Source: Thermostichus sp. DRC_bins_24 (GTDB lineage: Bacteria; Cyanobacteriota; Cyanobacteriia; Thermostichales; Thermostichaceae). Taken from it: a stretch of 40,299 nucleotides of DNA. The notes beneath the pieces were generated by a model. It ran no database searches. It saw nothing but the letters and a program-made list of their open reading frames with translations, and was not told where the DNA came from. Position 1 is the first letter of the stretch. Each line of letters begins with the position of its first letter. The position numbers were made by a program, and so were the translations under genes. Positions 18,674 to 28,084 of the stretch are shown piece after piece. The stretch is from NCBI GenBank assembly GCA_039794845.1, contig JAUQVK010000073.1, positions 1-40,299 of the forward strand. The letters run 5' to 3'.

Positions 18674-19342
18674 TCAATTTTGCGGGTTTCCGACAGGCTT
18701 GGGTAGAAGGGATCCCGATTTTGGAGCAATGCAGAGGCGAATTGCGTGGGGGTAAAGTCGGTGCTCTTGGGTTTGAATGCGCTGGTAAAGGGTGGCCGGT
18801 GTATCTTCGGGCAAGACGGGCACAGCAGCTTGGGCCACAATCGGGCCGCTGTCCATTTCTAAGGTTACCAAATGAACGGTGCAGCCGGTAATTTTCACCC
18901 CGTACTCTAGGGCTTGTTCGACGGCATGTAACCCCTTAAAGCTGGGCAACAGGCTGGGGTGTAGGTTCAAAATCCGCTCCGGGTAGGCTTGGATCAACAC
19001 CCGAGTAACCAAACGCATCCAACCGGCCATGATTACCCATTCCACCCGGTGCTGCTGGAGCACCTCAATGATCGCTGCATCCAACGCCTCCCGCTGAGGA
19101 TATTCCCGGTGGTTAAGAAGCACACAAGGGATCCCTTTGCGTTTTGCCCGCTGGCGCACGTAAGCCTCTGGATTGTTGGTGATCACCACGGCAATTTGGG
19201 CTTTCAGTTCTCCAGCCTCGATGGACTGGGCAATTGCCTCGAAGTTGCTGCCGTTGCCGGAAGCCAAAACCCCCAGAAGGACGGGATCCGTCGGGCTGGG
19301 AAGTTCAACAGGATCTGGCCAGAGCAAACTGGGTTGGCTCAT
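18674..19342 (-). CDS. purN: Phosphoribosylglycinamide formyltransferase
   Basis: ASGNGSNFEA, AGWMR, NLHPSLLPSFKG, TGCTVH and MDSGPI motifs. Confidence 0.97.
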   Translation of the reverse strand: MSQPSLLWPDPVELPSPTDPVLLGVLASGNGSNFEAIAQSIEAGELKAQIAVVITNNPEAYVRQRAKRKGIPCVLLNHREYPQREALDAAIIEVLQQHRVEWVIMAGWMRLVTRVLIQAYPERILNLHPSLLPSFKGLHAVEQALEYGVKITGCTVHLVTLEMDSGPIVAQAAVPVLPEDTPATLYQRIQTQEHRLYPHAIRLCIAPKSGSLLPKPVGNPQN

Positions 19343-19462
19343 GAGGTCGGGGGAATCGGAAGCCCCGCTATTTTAGATCCCTATGGGTAAGGTTCTAGGG
19401 ATCTTGCAGGGGGGAAGTCACAGGTATAGTCCTTATGAATTGAGTTTGCAACACCGACCAAC

Positions 19463-19497
19463 ACCCCCGGCCCCTTTCCCAGAGGGGGAGAGGAGAG
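19463..19497. repeat. REP-like GC-rich palindrome (CCCCTTTCCC-N4-GGGGAGAGGAG)
   Basis: Imperfect inverted repeat downstream of the DUF3318 gene, resembling the widespread CCCCTCTCCC/GGGAGAGGGG repeat class. May act as a terminator or transcript stabiliser. Confidence 0.4.
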
Positions 19498-19549
19498 TTG
19501 GAGCCCTTAGTATCTCTGTACCTCTCTATACCTCTCTGTCCAAAACTCC

Positions 19550-20149
19550 TCAGGGCTGATGGAGATTGAGCGCAATTGCCTTCAACCGTTGCAGCCGTAG
19601 CGCTGTCAGGATATCGGTGGGATCCAGCTTTAGGGATCGTTCTAGGCCATCTGCTAGGTGTTGAGCCGCCTCTTGCCGGGTGTATCCCCGGTACTGGGCA
19701 CGGCGCAAGGCAAATTCATCCGCATCGAAATGGGCGCTCTCCCGGTTCAGGTTTTGCCAGATTTGCCGGACAGAAAGGGCCGTGATGCCGCCTGCCAGCA
19801 AAGCCGAGAAAGGATGCTGCAGAGAGAGCTCCGCCAGGGTGGTGATGCCCCCAATCAAAGCCAGTGATTGGTAGAACCCCGGCTGCAACCAGTTGCGATT
19901 GTCAAACCAACCCACCTCCCGCAGGAACAATAAGTCCCGCTGTGGCTGAGGGATCCCCTGCCAACGGCGAAAATCAACGGCAATGATGCCCTGAGGCTGC
20001 CAGGGGGCTTTGCGCCGCGAGAACAGCAGCACATCGCCGCCGGGACTGGGAACGATGCTAATCAGGGGGCGGAGGGAGGCCGGCAGCAAATCCCGCAACC
20101 GTTCGGTTTCTTCTTGTTCAAAGGGTTTGAAGTCTGAGCGGCTGGTCAT
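19550..20149 (-). CDS. DUF3318-family membrane protein
   Basis: E..RLRDLLPAS.R and QRDLLFLREVGW motifs, two TM helices, ADEFAL.RAQ.RGY...EAA..L. Confidence 0.8.
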   Translation of the reverse strand: MTSRSDFKPFEQEETERLRDLLPASLRPLISIVPSPGGDVLLFSRRKAPWQPQGIIAVDFRRWQGIPQPQRDLLFLREVGWFDNRNWLQPGFYQSLALIGGITTLAELSLQHPFSALLAGGITALSVRQIWQNLNRESAHFDADEFALRRAQYRGYTRQEAAQHLADGLERSLKLDPTDILTALRLQRLKAIALNLHQP

Positions 20150-20348
20150 GGCCTCACCTACTGGGGTATTCAGAGTGGGGATCCCGAAATACAAGCGCTC
20201 CGGCCCTGGGCACCACAGCCTTTGAACAGAACCGACGCGAGGTTAGTCTACCGCATCCCCAAGCTGCCCGTGGAACCCCCTCACGGTGAAAAGACCAAGC
20301 CCAGTTTCGTAGACTGGGAAGGAGCCCACACCCCTTGAACCTGCCCCA

Positions 20349-21116
20349 ATGACCTTCTCAGCCCAGCCGGAGCCCATCGAGCAGAGCGCCAATAGCCCCC
20401 TCTACACCTATGCCTTTTTCCCGCAGCCGGATGCGGAGCTTGTGCAGTTCATTCAGGCCACCGAAGGGATCCAACGATCGGTACAGGTGTTGGCTCCCCT
20501 TGGGAGCCGAATTGCCGCTGCGGTAGAGCCAATGCGGGATCCGGAGTCCCTACAAGCTTCCGATGAAGTGTTGGTGCGTTCTGCCCTACGCCATGATCAG
20601 GTGATCTGTCGGCTGTTTGCCCAACTGCCGGTGTTGCCTCTGCGCTTTGGCACCTGCTTTCTCTCGGCGGAAAAACTGGGATCCCATCTGTTGGCCCGAC
20701 AAGCAGAGTACGAACACACCCTAGCTGCAATCGAGGGTCGCGCCGAGTACTGCCTCAAGGGGGTGGTGCAGTCATCACCTCAGCCCGGTCCCCAGCCTTC
20801 TTTAAGTGGCACGGCCTATCTTTTGGCCCGTAAACAAGCCTACCTGCAACAGCAACAGGCCCAAGAGCAGCAAGAACAAGAATTGGCCCAACTGCAACAG
20901 CTCTGGCCCTCTAACTGGCGAGTGCATACGGCGGATCCGCAAGCAGAAGAAGCCCTGCGCCTCTACTTTTTGCTCACCCCTGCCGAGCGGGAGGAAGCAG
21001 CCCAAATCGCCCAAGCCTGGCTGGCTCAACACCCCCATTGGCGACTGCACTGGAGCACCCCCCTGCCCCCCTATCACTTTGTGTGCTCGGGAGAGGATCC
21101 CCGTCCCTTACTTTGA
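20349..21116 (+). CDS. GvpL/GvpF-family gas vesicle protein
   Basis: LYTYAF at the N-terminus, H..VI..LF...PVLPLRFGT and C-terminal PLPPYHFV are hallmarks of GvpL/F. Confidence 0.85.
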   Translation: MTFSAQPEPIEQSANSPLYTYAFFPQPDAELVQFIQATEGIQRSVQVLAPLGSRIAAAVEPMRDPESLQASDEVLVRSALRHDQVICRLFAQLPVLPLRFGTCFLSAEKLGSHLLARQAEYEHTLAAIEGRAEYCLKGVVQSSPQPGPQPSLSGTAYLLARKQAYLQQQQAQEQQEQELAQLQQLWPSNWRVHTADPQAEEALRLYFLLTPAEREEAAQIAQAWLAQHPHWRLHWSTPLPPYHFVCSGEDPRPLL

Positions 21117-21206
21117 ACTGGCCAACAACCGCCCCGGCACCGTTTATCGTGGTAAGGGTGAGGGTATTCTTCGGATTTAGGCAGGCAGCAGGCGCAGGGA
21201 GCAGTT

Positions 21207-22508
21207 GTGGTCTATCGGGTTGGGCTACTGGGGTTGGGCACCGTCGGCACCGGCGTGGTACAGATTTTGCAACGACCTGGACACCCCCTGTTGCAGGCGG
21301 TGGATCTGGGGGCGGTCGGGGTGCGTTCTCTGGATAAACCCCGCGAGGTGCAGATCTCGCCCGAACGCTTGACCACGGATCTAGAGCGCATTGTGTCCGA
21401 CCCGGAGATCGATGTGGTGATCGAGCTGATGGGAGGATTGGAACCCGCCCGCAGCCTCATCCTCAAGGCCATCGACCACGGCAAACAGGTGATCACCGCC
21501 AACAAAGCCGTCATCGCCCGTCATGGCACAGAGATCTTTCGGGCCGCCGCCCGGGCCAAGGTGAGTGTGCTACTGGAAGCTGCCGTCGCCGGTGGGATCC
21601 CGATCCTGCAACCGCTGCAGCAATCGCTGCGGGCCAACCAGATTCAAGCAGTGTGGGGCATCATCAACGGCACCACCAATTTCATTCTCAGCCAGATGAC
21701 CCAAGAGGGTAGCTCCTTTGCGGAGGCGTTGGCCATAGCCCAAGCCCGCGGGTATGCGGAGGCGGATCCCAGTGCCGATGTGGAGGGGTGGGATGCCGCC
21801 GATAAGATCGCCATTCTGGCCAGCCTCGCCTTCGGCCTGCCGGTGCAGCGGGAAGCCATTCCCTGTGAGGGGATCCGCGACATCAGCGCCACCGATATTC
21901 GCTACGCCCGCGAGTGGGGCTTCACCTTCAAGCTCCTGGCCATTGCCCAAAAAGCCGCAACTTCCCAACTGGATATCCGCGTTCACCCCACCCTTTTGCC
22001 CTCAACCCACCCTTTGGCCAGCATCAACGGTGTCGACAATGCGGTTCTCGTGCAGGGGGATCCCCTCGGGCAGGTGGTGTTGTCAGGGCCGGGGGCGGGC
22101 CGGGGGCCAACCGCCAGTGCCGTCGTCGGGGATCTGCTCACCCTGATCGCCCATCTGCAGACAGGGGCCCATGCCCCCAATCCTTTGCTGGGGTTCTCCC
22201 CCTTGATCGCCCTAGAAGATTCGCCCGTGGTGCAAGCCGGGCTCCCTTTGGCGGAACTGGAGGCGGAGTTTTACGTACGGGTGTTGGCCCAGGATCAGCC
22301 AGGGGTGATCGGCGCGATTGGCACCTGCTTTGGCAACCATCGGGTCAGCCTGGAAAGCATCACCCAAAAGGAATGTCATCGGGAGCAGGCGGAGATCGTC
22401 ATCCTCACCCACACCGTCCGCGAGGCTGATTGCCGACAGGCGATCGCCGAGATCCGTCAGCTGCCCCAGGTGGCCGGGATCCCCGGCCTGTTCCGGGTTC
22501 TGCGCTGA
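21207..22508 (+). CDS. hom: Homoserine dehydrogenase with C-terminal ACT domain
   Basis: GLGTVG, TANKA, EAAVAGGIP, INGTTNFIL, AEADP.ADVEG.DAA.K, GPGAG..PTASAV and DQPGVIG motifs. Confidence 0.96.
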   Translation: MVYRVGLLGLGTVGTGVVQILQRPGHPLLQAVDLGAVGVRSLDKPREVQISPERLTTDLERIVSDPEIDVVIELMGGLEPARSLILKAIDHGKQVITANKAVIARHGTEIFRAAARAKVSVLLEAAVAGGIPILQPLQQSLRANQIQAVWGIINGTTNFILSQMTQEGSSFAEALAIAQARGYAEADPSADVEGWDAADKIAILASLAFGLPVQREAIPCEGIRDISATDIRYAREWGFTFKLLAIAQKAATSQLDIRVHPTLLPSTHPLASINGVDNAVLVQGDPLGQVVLSGPGAGRGPTASAVVGDLLTLIAHLQTGAHAPNPLLGFSPLIALEDSPVVQAGLPLAELEAEFYVRVLAQDQPGVIGAIGTCFGNHRVSLESITQKECHREQAEIVILTHTVREADCRQAIAEIRQLPQVAGIPGLFRVLR

Positions 22509-22612
22509 GCGGCCAGGATGGATAGGGGCAAGGGGGTTGGCGCAGTTGCATTTCCGCATCCGTTTGGGCCCGACTGGAAGCAGCCCGAACCACCTAGAGA
22601 GAGGAAGAAAGA

Positions 22613-24112
22613 ATGAGCGTTTCTGCACCCGAGCAAGGTTATGGAGGGGATCCCACCCTTATCCGCAAAAAGGTCGTGGTGATTGGAGCGGGGATCACGG
22701 GCTTGACCTTAGCCCTGCGACTGCAACAGGGACTAAAGGGCTCCGGGGGGCAGGGATCCCAGCCCGTGCTCTTGGCCGAGTCCAGCAACCGGGTGGGCGG
22801 GTGCATTTCTAGCCCAAGCAAAGATGGCTACCGCTGGGAGGAAGGCCCCAATAGCTTTACCCCCGTTCCGGCCTTGCTCAACCTGATCGCCGAGGTGGGG
22901 CTGGCGGATCAACTGCTGCTGGCGGATGGCAAGTTGCCCCGCTACGTCTATTGGGAGAAAGAACTGCTGCCGGTGCCCATGAGCCCGCCTGCTGCCATCG
23001 GATCGCGGTTGTTGAGCATCGGCGGCAAATTGCGGGCCTTGCGAGGTTTGCTGGGGTTTGTCGCCCCCCCGCCGGGTCGAGAGGAAACGGTGCGGCAATT
23101 CTTTCGGCGGCAACTGGGCTCGGAAGTGGTGGAACGGCTGATCGTGCCCTTTACCTCCGGGGTATTTGCCGGGGATGTGGATCAGCTCAGTGCCTCAGGA
23201 GCCTTTCATCGCATCGCCAGCCTAGAAGAACGGTATGGCAGCCTTTTTGCCGGAGCCTGGCGATCTCCCCGCAGCCGGCCGGAGCCCCTTTCACCCCAGA
23301 TTCAACCCCCACCCAAACGGGGCCAACTGGGCAACCTGCGCCAAGGGCTGAGCCAACTGCCACAGGCGATCGCCCAACAATTGGGAGATACCCTGCAACT
23401 GGGCTGGACCGCCACCCACCTGAAGCGCCAAGAAGACGCCTACTGGGTCGGGTTCCGTACCCCCGGCGGACCCTGCTGGGTGGAGGCCGAACAGGTGATC
23501 CTGACCCTGCCGGCCTATGGGGCAGCCACCCTGCTGCAGGAACTCAACCCCCAAGCCAGCCGGTTGTTGGCAGGGATCCCCTATCCGCCGGTGGCCGTGG
23601 TCACTTTGGCTTATCCCGCCGATGCTCTGCCGCAACCGCTGCGGGGATTTGGCCATTTGATCCCTCGCTCACAGGGATTTCGCACCCTGGGCACCATCTG
23701 GGCCTCCTGCCTGTTTCCGGAGCGTGCCCCCCAGGGGTACCACTGCTTTCTCAGCTTCATTGGGGGAGCCACGGATGCTGCCTTTGCCCGCCAGAAGGGG
23801 ATCCCGCCCATTGTCGCCCTCACTGCTGAGGAACGCGCCCAAATCGTACACGAAGAGCTGAGCCAAATCCTCCTAACTCGCCCCGTGGATCCCATCTGGT
23901 TAGGAGAACGGCTGTGGCCCCAGGCGATCCCACAATATACCCTCGGCCATCGGCAGCGAATTGCCCAACTGCAAGCCAGCCTCTCGGCCCAAACCCCAGG
24001 GGTGTCGGTGTGTGCCAACTACCTGGATGGAGTGGCCCTAGGAGATTGTGTGCGGCGGGCCGAAGCGCTGGCCAAAAGGATCCTCAACCCCAATTCCAGC
24101 TTGCCGACGTGA
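22613..24112 (+). CDS. hemY: Protoporphyrinogen oxidase, HemY-type flavoprotein
   Basis: GAGITGL FAD motif, RVGG, WEEGPNSF, GFGHLIPR, TLGTIW.S.LFP.RAP, AIPQY..GH and NYLDGVALGDCV. Confidence 0.95.
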   Translation: MSVSAPEQGYGGDPTLIRKKVVVIGAGITGLTLALRLQQGLKGSGGQGSQPVLLAESSNRVGGCISSPSKDGYRWEEGPNSFTPVPALLNLIAEVGLADQLLLADGKLPRYVYWEKELLPVPMSPPAAIGSRLLSIGGKLRALRGLLGFVAPPPGREETVRQFFRRQLGSEVVERLIVPFTSGVFAGDVDQLSASGAFHRIASLEERYGSLFAGAWRSPRSRPEPLSPQIQPPPKRGQLGNLRQGLSQLPQAIAQQLGDTLQLGWTATHLKRQEDAYWVGFRTPGGPCWVEAEQVILTLPAYGAATLLQELNPQASRLLAGIPYPPVAVVTLAYPADALPQPLRGFGHLIPRSQGFRTLGTIWASCLFPERAPQGYHCFLSFIGGATDAAFARQKGIPPIVALTAEERAQIVHEELSQILLTRPVDPIWLGERLWPQAIPQYTLGHRQRIAQLQASLSAQTPGVSVCANYLDGVALGDCVRRAEALAKRILNPNSSLPT

Positions 24113-24241
24113 AACCGATGTAGGGACAAAGTCGAGGCCCATGATCATCCAACCCATAACCCATCGCGACCTTCAGCTAACGCCTGGCCTGGATCTATCC
24201 TCTCCGAATCCAAACCCCACCTCCAACAATCGTGATCATCA

Positions 24242-24264
24242 CCAGAACTGAAGATCAGTTCTGG
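24242..24264. promoter_or_regulatory. Perfect 10-bp inverted repeat upstream of ndhC
   Basis: CCAGAACTGA-AGA-TCAGTTCTGG with no U-tract. Function (operator or RNA hairpin) is unknown. Confidence 0.35.
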
Positions 24265-24346
24265 CTCTGGGGGCACAGGAAGGCTACAGACTGGCTTTAT
24301 ACTGAAAACGTGTCTAAATGTTGAGCAAATCGGGCGGTCTGACGTT

Positions 24347-24709
24347 GTGTTTGTTCTATCCGGCTACGAGTATTTGCTGGTTTTTCTAATCCTGTGCTCT
24401 TTGCTACCGATCTTGGCTCTGACGGCATCTAGGCTTTTGGCCCCGAGACGACGGGGAGCCCTGCGCCGCAGCACCTACGAATCGGGTATGGAACCGTTCG
24501 GGCAGGCCTGGATTCAGTTCAACATCCGCTACTACATGTTCGCGCTGGTCTTCGTCATTTTCGATGTGGAGACCGTGTTTCTTTATCCCTGGGCGGTGGC
24601 CTTTCATCGTCTAGGGTTGTTGGCCTTCGTGGAGGCCCTGATTTTTATCGCCATCCTTGTGGTGGGTCTTGTGTACGCCTGGAGAAAAGGAGCGCTGGAA
24701 TGGTCATGA
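24347..24709 (+). CDS. ndhC: NDH-1 subunit C (NdhC/NuoA)
   Basis: [48 protein letters not shown] and WRKGALEWS motifs. Confidence 0.98.
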   Translation: MFVLSGYEYLLVFLILCSLLPILALTASRLLAPRRRGALRRSTYESGMEPFGQAWIQFNIRYYMFALVFVIFDVETVFLYPWAVAFHRLGLLAFVEALIFIAILVVGLVYAWRKGALEWS

Positions 24710-25440
24710 CCCCTAAGAGGCCGGAGGTCTTGTTTCCGGGGGCTGCCCCAGAGGTGACCACCGACCTTTCAAACAATGTTGTTCTCACCACCGTGAATGA
24801 CCTGTATAACTGGGCCAAGATGTCCAGCCTGTGGCCCTTGCTCTACGGCACCGCCTGCTGTTTCATCGAGTTTGCGGCCATGCTCGGGTCCCGCTTCGAC
24901 TTCGATCGATTTGGCCTTTTGCCCCGTTCTTCCCCCCGTACAGCCGATCTGATCATCACGGCGGGCACGGTGACCATGAAAATGGCTCCGGCCTTGGTCA
25001 AGCTCTACCAGCAAATGCCCGAACCAAAGTATGTGATCGCCATGGGGGCTTGCACGATTACCGGCGGTATGTTCAGCTCCGACTCCTACAGCGCGGTGCG
25101 GGGGGTGGATAAGCTGATCCCGGTGGATGTGTACATTCCCGGCTGCCCTCCTCGTCCGGAGGCGATTATGGATGCCATTGTCAAGCTGCGCAAGAAGATC
25201 GCCACAGAGGATATGCGGGAGCGGGGTAATCTGCAGCAGACCCACCGCTATTACACCGTCAAGCACAACCTCAAGCCTGTGCCCGAGATCATCACGGGTA
25301 AGTATTTGGAAAGCGACTCCCGGCAAGCTCCGCCTCCGGAACTGGCAGCGGCAATTGGGTTGCCTGTGCCCCCCGCCCTGCAGACTGCCGACCTGAAGCA
25401 GGCGGAACAGCAGCTCAAAGCCCTGCGGGGAGGGATGTGA
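24700..25440 (+). CDS. ndhK: NDH-1 subunit K (NdhK/NuoB)
   Basis: [28 protein letters not shown] and [14 protein letters not shown] motifs. Confidence 0.98.
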   Translation: MVMTPKRPEVLFPGAAPEVTTDLSNNVVLTTVNDLYNWAKMSSLWPLLYGTACCFIEFAAMLGSRFDFDRFGLLPRSSPRTADLIITAGTVTMKMAPALVKLYQQMPEPKYVIAMGACTITGGMFSSDSYSAVRGVDKLIPVDVYIPGCPPRPEAIMDAIVKLRKKIATEDMRERGNLQQTHRYYTVKHNLKPVPEIITGKYLESDSRQAPPPELAAAIGLPVPPALQTADLKQAEQQLKALRGGM

Positions 25441-25441
25441 A

Positions 25442-25987
25442 ATGGCGGAGGATCGTACCCAAGAGGAGCAAGCGTCAGCATCTACCCCTCCTGAGCAACC
25501 GGTGGTAGTGGAGCGGGGGCCGGTCTCTCAGTTTTTGGCTGACAACGGCTTCGATCACCAGTATCTGCAGAAGGATGCAGCGGGGGTTGAGCTGTTGGAG
25601 GTGCCGCGGGAGTTTCTCTTGCCGCTGTGTACCGCTCTCTATGCCTACGGCTTCAACTACCTACAGTGCCAGTGCGGGTACGATCTGGGGCCGGGGCAGC
25701 CATTGGTTAGCCTTTACCATTTGATCAAGCTCTCGGATGGAGCGGATCGTCCCCAGGAGGTGCGGGTACAGGTGAAGTTGCCGCGTCAGGATCCGCGGGT
25801 GCCCTCGGTGTACTGGATTTGGAAGTCGGCCGACTGGCAAGAGCGGGAAACCTACGACATGTACGGCATTGTGTTTGAGGGTCACCCCAACCTAAAACGA
25901 ATCCTTATGCCGGAAGACTGGATGGGCTGGCCCTTGCGTAAGGACTACATCACCCCGGACTTTTACGAGCTTCAGGATGCCTACTAG
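25442..25987 (+). CDS. ndhJ: NDH-1 subunit J (NdhJ/NuoC)
   Basis: [31 protein letters not shown] and GWPLRKDY motifs. Confidence 0.98.
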   Translation: MAEDRTQEEQASASTPPEQPVVVERGPVSQFLADNGFDHQYLQKDAAGVELLEVPREFLLPLCTALYAYGFNYLQCQCGYDLGPGQPLVSLYHLIKLSDGADRPQEVRVQVKLPRQDPRVPSVYWIWKSADWQERETYDMYGIVFEGHPNLKRILMPEDWMGWPLRKDYITPDFYELQDAY

Positions 25988-26033
25988 GGATTAGATTGGG
26001 AATCCCAACGGTGTTGACCAGGATGTGCTGAAG

Positions 26034-26207
26034 ATGTGGCCTTTTTTGCTGTTGGCGATCTACGGCGGCGGGGTTTGGTACTCGGCGCGCAAGGCAGATC
26101 GCATTTATTCGGGATCCCGTAAGTGGGTGGTGTCTGCCCTTTGGCCGGTGTTGCTGGCGTCTAACCGGCAGTTTCGCCAGAATTGGCGGCGTCCCCTGAA
26201 CAAGTGA
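26034..26207 (+). CDS. Small membrane protein, cyanobacterial hypothetical
   Basis: 57-aa ORF filling the gap after ndhJ, with two hydrophobic segments (FLLLAIYGGGVW, VVSALWPVLL) and a basic tail FRQNWRR. Confidence 0.65.
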   Translation: MWPFLLLAIYGGGVWYSARKADRIYSGSRKWVVSALWPVLLASNRQFRQNWRRPLNK

Positions 26208-26232
26208 GCACAACTTCTAGGGATCCGGGTTT

Positions 26233-27432
26233 GTGATCGCTCAGCCCTCTCCTTGGTCGGCACAGCAGGCGGCTCAGAAGTTGCAGGAGTTGATCCGCAA
26301 TCGCATCCGGGCTCAGGGGCCGGTGACCTTTGCACAGTTTATGGAGTGGGCCCTTTACGAGCCGGAGCTGGGCTACTACGAGCAGGGATCCCCGATTGGC
26401 CCTGACTACCTGACTTCCCCTCACCTGGCTCCAGATTTTGCCCAGCTGTTGGCGGAGCAGATTGCTCAGTTCTGGCAGATTTTGGGATCCCCGTCGGGGT
26501 TTGCCGTGATCGAGATGGGGGCGGGCACCGGACGGTTGGCGGAGGATTGGCTGGCCTACGTGCAGACGGTTCACCCACCGTTTTGGCAAGCACTGGAGTA
26601 CGGAATCATCGAACGTTCCGCCCGCTTGCGGCAGTTACAGCAGGAGCGCTTGGCCGCTTTTGGGGAGAAGGTGCGCTGGTTGGATTGGGAGGGGATCCCG
26701 CCTCAGTCGGTCAGGGGCTGTTTTTTTTCCAATGAGTTGGTGGATGCTTTTCCGGTGCATCGGGTGCAGGTGCAGGCCGGGGCGCTGCAAGAGGTTTATG
26801 TCACAACAGGAGAAACAGGCTTCCGAGAAGTATTACGGCAGCCTTCCACGCCGGCATTGTTGGAGTATTTCGCCCGGCTGGGGATCCCGATTGAGCAATA
26901 TCCCGAGGGTTACCAGACGGAGGTCAACCTGCAAGCCCTCGATTGGTTAAAGCGTTTGGCAGACAAACTGGATCGCGGCTATGTGCTCACCCTCGACTAC
27001 GGCCACACCGCCCAGCGCTACTACAGCCCTCATCGTGCTCAGGGTACGCTTTTGGCCTACCGACAGCACAGCAGCCACGGGGATCCTTACTTTAGAGTGG
27101 GATCCCAAGATCTCACCGCCCATGTGGACTTCACCACTCTGGAGCAGGTGGGGGAATCCTTGGGGTTAAAACGGCTGGGGTTCACCCGGCAAAGCAGCTT
27201 TTTGGTGGGGTTGGGTCTAACCGAACGGCTGGTGGCCCTCAGCCAGGACTCTGATAAGTCTGATAAGACTGTGGATATCAGCCAAGTCTTGCGGCGGCGA
27301 CAGGCTCTACACTCGCTGTTGGATCCGCTTGGGTTGGGGGGCTTTGGTGTGTTGGTGCAAGCGAAGGGCCTGACTGAGGCGGAGTTTGCCCATCCTTTGC
27401 GGGGCTTGTGCGAGCCGGAGCTAACACTGTGA
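26233..27432 (+). CDS. Class I SAM-dependent methyltransferase, NDUFAF7/MidA family
   Basis: GPVTFAQFMEWALY.P..GYY, DYLTSP, EMGAGTG, FSNELVDAFP, LDYG and QDLTAHVDF motifs. Confidence 0.92.
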   Translation: MIAQPSPWSAQQAAQKLQELIRNRIRAQGPVTFAQFMEWALYEPELGYYEQGSPIGPDYLTSPHLAPDFAQLLAEQIAQFWQILGSPSGFAVIEMGAGTGRLAEDWLAYVQTVHPPFWQALEYGIIERSARLRQLQQERLAAFGEKVRWLDWEGIPPQSVRGCFFSNELVDAFPVHRVQVQAGALQEVYVTTGETGFREVLRQPSTPALLEYFARLGIPIEQYPEGYQTEVNLQALDWLKRLADKLDRGYVLTLDYGHTAQRYYSPHRAQGTLLAYRQHSSHGDPYFRVGSQDLTAHVDFTTLEQVGESLGLKRLGFTRQSSFLVGLGLTERLVALSQDSDKSDKTVDISQVLRRRQALHSLLDPLGLGGFGVLVQAKGLTEAEFAHPLRGLCEPELTL

Positions 27433-27686
27433 ACTTTACCCTTTGGGTTGGCCTGCTGGCGGCAGCTCTGACCACCTCCAGTTTTTTCCCACAAGCTCTG
27501 AAAACCTGGCGCAGCCAACGGGCGGATGATTTCTCCTGGAGCTACTTGCTTCTGTTTGGGGTCGGGATCCTGATGTGGGATCTGTACGGGCTGTTGCGCA
27601 GAGATACTGCCATTACCATTGCCAATACGATTACCTTGGCCCTGATGGGCGTGATCATCTGGACCAAGTTCCGTTCCGAGCGCTGA
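27429..27686 (+). CDS. SemiSWEET (PQ-loop) sugar transporter
   Basis: GLLAAALTTSSFFPQALKTW..Q.A.DFS, W..YG and I.IAN motifs; 3 TM helices; GTGA overlap with the upstream stop codon. Confidence 0.9.
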   Translation: MNFTLWVGLLAAALTTSSFFPQALKTWRSQRADDFSWSYLLLFGVGILMWDLYGLLRRDTAITIANTITLALMGVIIWTKFRSER

Positions 27687-27849
27687 GGGAGCCCGACAAA
27701 CACACCTCATGCCGAGTGGTAGCAAACAGCCAAAGGACGGGAACAGACCAGCCAAGAGCGGAAAGCATCCCCTCTGGCTAAGCCGCCAGCCTCCATAGTC
27801 ACTCCAAGCAAAACATAGCCTCTGAGGTTGCAACATACTTCGCCTCATC

Positions 27850-27990
27850 ACATGGCTCTTGACTCTTCCGACAACGAAGCAGAATCCCTATCCACTTGAA
27901 CGCTAACGACCGCATTACAGCCCTTTACGCCCAGGGCACACCGGCGTGTCTGCCGGTCACGTGTAACAACTGTGGAAGTTGAGATCCGCC
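27850..27990 (+). ncRNA. ssrS: 6S RNA-like sequence (possibly interrupted by or fused to a MITE)
   Basis: CTCTTGACTCTTCCGA (27856) and TAACGACCGCAT (27904) match motifs I recall from cyanobacterial 6S RNA. TCTTGACT..TCC can pair with GGAAGTTGAGA (27974) using G-U pairs on the + strand. However, the 3' half lies inside MITE copy 2. Boundaries are approximate. Confidence 0.4.
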
Positions 27991-28072
27991 CCCCAAGGAG
28001 GGTGCTCCACACCTCGCGGAGCGAGAACAGGAAGCACAAGCCCTGCCGTAGAAAACCCGCGCAAGGGCTGTA
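27916..28072. mobile_element. MITE copy 2
   Basis: TACAGCCCTT...AAGGGCTGTA ends; 157 bp; colinear with 191-373 apart from a ~25-bp indel and many transition differences. Confidence 0.8.
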
Positions 28073-28084
28073 TCGTTGCTACTC

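Noticed and set aside
19425..19434. TATAGTCCTT (and its inverse at 31724-31733) as further MITE ends
   Set aside because: 8/10 match to the MITE TIR, but there is no partner end nearby and no internal homology to the two copies.
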